A stretch of DNA of 64,000 bases from an uncultured bacterium (GTDB taxonomy: Bacteria; Chloroflexota; UBA5177; JANWHV01): positions 544,001-608,000 of the forward strand of contig CAWHAE010000012.1 of the NCBI GenBank assembly GCA_963827235.1, given 5' to 3'. The notes beneath the pieces are model-generated. The model was not told where the DNA came from and did not search any database. It saw only the letters and a program-made list of their open reading frames with translations. Positions 60,816 through 64,000 of this stretch are shown here, piece after piece; position 1 is the stretch's first letter, and every line of letters starts with the position of its first letter. The translations under genes were made by a program, and so were the position numbers.

Positions 60816-61406
60816 TCAGGCCATGCACAACTCCTCCTGCTGCATCTCGGGTACCGCTGTGTGCAGGAACGTCTCCACGAAGCTGCCGTCCCACTGCTGC
60901 CCGGCGCCTTCCGCGAGCGCTTCGATCGCTGCGCGTACCGGCAACGCGGGGTGAAACGGGCTTTCGTGGGTCAAAGCGTCGAAGCATTCGGCGATGGCGA
61001 TAATCCGCGATCCGAGCGGAATGCGCTCCCCGCACATGTGGCCTGGATAGCCGTCGCCGTCGAAGCGTTCGTGGTGGTGGAGGACGATTTCCGCCGTGCG
61101 CTGAGCCCCGGGTTGCGCGCGCAGATAAGCGGCGCCACGATCCGTGTGATGGCGCACCCAGCTCCACTCCAGCGGCGTGAGGCGGCGAGACCGCACAAGG
61201 GCCGCTTCCGGCACCGCCAGCTTGCCGATATCGTGCAGCCGCGCCGCGTCGAGAATCAGCTGCGCATCCTTCCCCGTCACGCCCAACGCCTTGAGCGTCG
61301 GCGCCACGAGAGCCGCCACGCGCTTACAGTGCCCCGGCATGCCGGAGCGCACGTCGGCGGCATCGGTAAGGCTGCCCAGTACGGTCATCGCAGTCTCTGT
61401 AATCAT
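60816..61406 (-). CDS. Stand-alone HD-GYP domain phosphodiesterase
   Basis: HCKRV, LHDIGK, HHHERFDGDGYP and RIIAIAECFDALT. Alternative start at 61517. Confidence 0.88.
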   Translation of the reverse strand: MITETAMTVLGSLTDAADVRSGMPGHCKRVAALVAPTLKALGVTGKDAQLILDAARLHDIGKLAVPEAALVRSRRLTPLEWSWVRHHTDRGAAYLRAQPGAQRTAEIVLHHHERFDGDGYPGHMCGERIPLGSRIIAIAECFDALTHESPFHPALPVRAAIEALAEGAGQQWDGSFVETFLHTAVPEMQQEELCMA

Positions 61407-61431
61407 GTTCTCGTCTGGTCGCAGGCACCGA

Positions 61432-61836
61432 TCACCGCCGGATCGGAACCGTGCGACTCGCCCTTTCTGCGCCCTGACTCCGGCCGCTCGGCCAGGTTGT
61501 TGCTGAGGTCGATCCATGATGGAGTGCGCCCACGTACTCGCCGCTGCGCCAAGCACAGACGGGGCGTGTGCCGACCAATCGAATGGGCTCCGTGCCCGCT
61601 TCATACTCCGCCGCACCCCAGGAGCCGTCCTGCGGCGGACGCCCGCAGGCGCGACGACTCACGGCGTCCGCGAACTGCTCCAGCGTCTGCGCCTGAATGC
61701 CGACCAGGGATTCGGCGAGCAACTTGTCGTAGCCGGCGTCGATGGCGGCACACCGCGGGTTTGCCAGCAGGCGCCCGGCAAAGGTGCCGTCCACCGAGGC
61801 CTCGGCGAGTAGCCGTTCGTAGGTGCGAAACCGCAC
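61432..61836 (-). CDS. Small NHLP-clan-like (Os1348-like) protein
   Basis: GTG after AGGAG..GGGAG. ERLLAEASVDGTFAGRLLANP..A...GY....L.GIQAQTLEQFA. Confidence 0.65.
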   Translation of the reverse strand: MRFRTYERLLAEASVDGTFAGRLLANPRCAAIDAGYDKLLAESLVGIQAQTLEQFADAVSRRACGRPPQDGSWGAAEYEAGTEPIRLVGTRPVCAWRSGEYVGALHHGSTSATTWPSGRSQGAERASRTVPIRR

Positions 61837-61958
61837 AGCTCCCTGCTCCTATTCCTGACATAACGCGTCGATGGTAGGATATGTATCGTCCCGGTCACGG
61901 CCATCGACGCCGTGTGCACATGGCAACCGCAATGCTCGGCTCTGAGCCTAGGTGGGGG

Positions 61959-62228
61959 CTATGCGTTGAGCGACTCACTATCGGCAGCGGCTACAGGCGC
62001 CTGCTGCGCGAAGGGCTGCGCGCCAAGCCCGTCGGCTAGCAGCGACGTGGCGGCAAACGGCTGCGCGCCGAGACCATCCGCGATCTTCGAAACGTGGGCG
62101 AACGGCTGCGCACCCAGCCCGTCGGCCGTGGAACGGCCCGTGTTGTGCGTGGGTGAGATGCTTGCGGACGATAGCAGGGAACCGGCAACGAGGCTGCTGA
62201 CCGTGATGGCGGCGACAAGCTTGCGCAT
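61959..62228 (-). CDS. Secreted multi-core peptide precursor (3 x ADGLGAQPFA), putative signalling propeptide
   Basis: RBS AAGGAAAGG, Sec-type leader MRKLVAAITVSSLVAGSLLSSASI, and three identical 10-aa cores with synonymous-only divergence. Confidence 0.85.
   Translation of the reverse strand: MRKLVAAITVSSLVAGSLLSSASISPTHNTGRSTADGLGAQPFAHVSKIADGLGAQPFAATSLLADGLGAQPFAQQAPVAAADSESLNA
62007..62126 (-). repeat. Three 30-bp coding repeats at a 45-bp period
   Basis: Copies at 62097-62126, 62052-62081 and 62007-62036. Confidence 0.95.
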
Positions 62229-62372
62229 GGGACTGCCTTTCCTTCGGCTCGATGTGCTCGAGGCCACCTCGAGCTGCCGCCAGACTAGGCTTCGTCCCGT
62301 TCCCACACCGTTCCACGGTTTTTGCCCCCTTGAGCTCGCGGACATCCCTCCGCGCCGCACTGGAGGCTCCTG

Positions 62373-64000
62373 ATGGAGACGCCGGATCTGCTCCCATTCC
62401 CGCTCAGCAAGCTGGCGCCGCCGGTAGCCCGGCGGCCGCCGATCGCGCGACCGCGCCTCTTCGCCCAGCTTGGAAGCGGGAGCCGCCTGCTCCTGGTCAC
62501 CGCTCCTGCCGGGTTCGGCAAGTCGTCCCTACTTGCCTCCTCGATCGCCGAGACCGACCGATCGCCCGACCTCTGGCGGCCTGCGCATGCCGCCGACCAT
62601 CGTTTCGTCTGGTACAGTCTCGACGAGGCCGACGCGGATCCCGGAAGGCTGGTCGACGGCCTGGCTGCGGCCTACGAGCGAGTGGCACCAGGCACAGGCG
62701 GACCGTCCCGGGAGATGCTGGCTGCCGGCGCAAATGTCTATGCCGCTCTGGCCTCGCTAGTGGCGCGGGCCGAGCAGGCTCCCACGACACTGGTCCTGGA
62801 CAATTGCCACAACCTCGAGGGGGCGGGTGAGGCGGAGCGCGCCCTCAGCTACCTGCTCGCGAACTGCCCTTCGGCGCACCGCATCGTGATCGCCGGTCGC
62901 GGTACGCCGGCCACTCCTGTTGTTGCCGCCCTGGCAGCCGGCGCCGTGCGCTCCCTTGGCCCGGACGATTTGCAGTTCGGCGACGACGAAGCGGCTGCGC
63001 TGGCCGCGTTGTACGGCGTGTCCGAGGACCGGGCTGCCGCCGTGGTGCAGCCGGCGGCAGGTTGGGCCATCGGCATTGTGCTGCTGGCACATGCCGGCGG
63101 TCGGGATGCCGCCATCCTGCAGCGCCCGATTGACGCGCTGGCCGACTACTTGATGAGCGAGATCGTCGACCGGCTGCCCGAGGCGTCACGCAGGTTCGTT
63201 CTGGAGAGCGCGCTGCTCGGAACATTCGATGCTGCGGCAGCCGACGCGATCCTGGAGCGCACGGACAGCGCACTCGTGATCGACGGCCTCCTCCGACGTG
63301 GCATCTTTCTGGACTGCTTCCCTTCGCAGGACGGATTCCTCACCCGCTATCACGATCTGTTTGCCGCAGCCATGGCCGGCCGCTTGCAGCGCCAGGAGCC
63401 CCGGCGATGCCGCGAGATTCACCGCCGTGCCTCCGACTACTATGCGGACGATCCTCATCGGGCCCTGGCACACGGCGCGCGCATGCACGACCCGGACTAC
63501 CTGGCGCAGCAGCTCGATCGCTACCTGCCCATGCTGCGCCGGGCCGGGCACTGGGAAGCTCTGGTCCGCTACGGGGAACAGCTCCCGGTCCGATTGCAGT
63601 CCCTGTTTCTCCAACGCGTGCTGTCGTTCGCTCATTACACTCGCGGCGACGATCGGGCCGCGCTGGCAGCTGCCGACCGCGTGTACGAGGCCGCGGTGGC
63701 CCAGGGAGATCGGGAAGCACGCTACTCGGCCCTCGTGTTGCGGGCGAACACGCACTTCAGACAGGAACGGTATGCCGAGCTCCTGCAGTACTGCCTACCT
63801 GCCCTCAGCGAGGCGCGCGCGGCCGGCTTTGCGCTGGGCGAATGCTGGCTGGCATGGAACGTTTCCAAGGCGCTCCTGCGTGAGGGCCGTGTGCGGGAAG
63901 GCCTGGCCATGGTGAGCCGCACGCTCGAGCTGTATCGCTCGCTACCCGGGCCATCGACACCGCTCTCCATGGCCTTCTACGAGCAGGACGTTGTCCCGAT
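62373..64000 (+). CDS. MalT-like STAND ATPase/TPR transcriptional regulator (3' part outside window)
   Basis: RBS GGAGG. SKLAPP...IARPRL, APAGFGKS, WYSLDEADADP, LVLDNCH, AGW, DYL..EI, RYHDLF, then helical repeats. The frame is open to the window edge. Confidence 0.9.
   Translation, partial: METPDLLPFPLSKLAPPVARRPPIARPRLFAQLGSGSRLLLVTAPAGFGKSSLLASSIAETDRSPDLWRPAHAADHRFVWYSLDEADADPGRLVDGLAAAYERVAPGTGGPSREMLAAGANVYAALASLVARAEQAPTTLVLDNCHNLEGAGEAERALSYLLANCPSAHRIVIAGRGTPATPVVAALAAGAVRSLGPDDLQFGDDEAAALAALYGVSEDRAAAVVQPAAGWAIGIVLLAHAGGRDAAILQRPIDALADYLMSEIVDRLPEASRRFVLESALLGTFDAAAADAILERTDSALVIDGLLRRGIFLDCFPSQDGFLTRYHDLFAAAMAGRLQRQEPRRCREIHRRASDYYADDPHRALAHGARMHDPDYLAQQLDRYLPMLRRAGHWEALVRYGEQLPVRLQSLFLQRVLSFAHYTRGDDRAALAAADRVYEAAVAQGDREARYSALVLRANTHFRQERYAELLQYCLPALSEARAAGFALGECWLAWNVSKALLREGRVREGLAMVSRTLELYRSLPGPSTPLSMAFYEQDVVP

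Noticed and set aside
62007-62126. Repeat-spacer pattern considered as a mini-CRISPR
   Set aside because: The spacers are only 15 nt, the repeats vary at codon third positions, the array is in frame within a signal-peptide ORF, and there are no cas genes.
61912-62373. Plus-strand ORF with repeated NGCAPSPSA
   Set aside because: It is the antisense of the peptide repeats. The substitutions are synonymous only in the minus-strand frame.

Overview
High-GC bacterial window. The gene styles (DUF6788-SARP-NB-ARC-TPR fusion, kinase-binding-protein fusion, NHLP-clan small protein) suggest Chloroflexota or a relative, but this is inference. Bases 1-36 kb are dense in carbohydrate uptake and catabolism genes: GH32, a PotABCD-like ABC operon, three CUT1 sugar ABC operons, Gfo/Idh/MocA and TIM-barrel enzymes, URO-D-like proteins, an ADP-ribosylglycohydrolase-family protein, a GH106-like enzyme, and AraC, LacI and GntR regulators. 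Bases 36-58 kb are a mixed accessory region with decay: IS remnants, gene fragments and two frameshifted regulators. clpB follows, with a HAIR-like operator. The best candidate for an undescribed system is at 60.8-64 kb. An 89-aa secreted pre-pro-peptide carries three identical ADGLGAQPFA cores at an exact 15-aa period, and the copies differ only at synonymous codon positions. It is divergent from a MalT-like STAND/TPR regulator that the ORF track missed, and lies upstream of an NHLP-clan-like small protein and a stand-alone HD-GYP gene. The peptide gene and the NHLP-clan gene share a promoter motif. This looks like a peptide (quorum-type) signalling cassette coupled to cyclic-dinucleotide turnover. 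No rRNA, tRNA or CRISPR array was seen.
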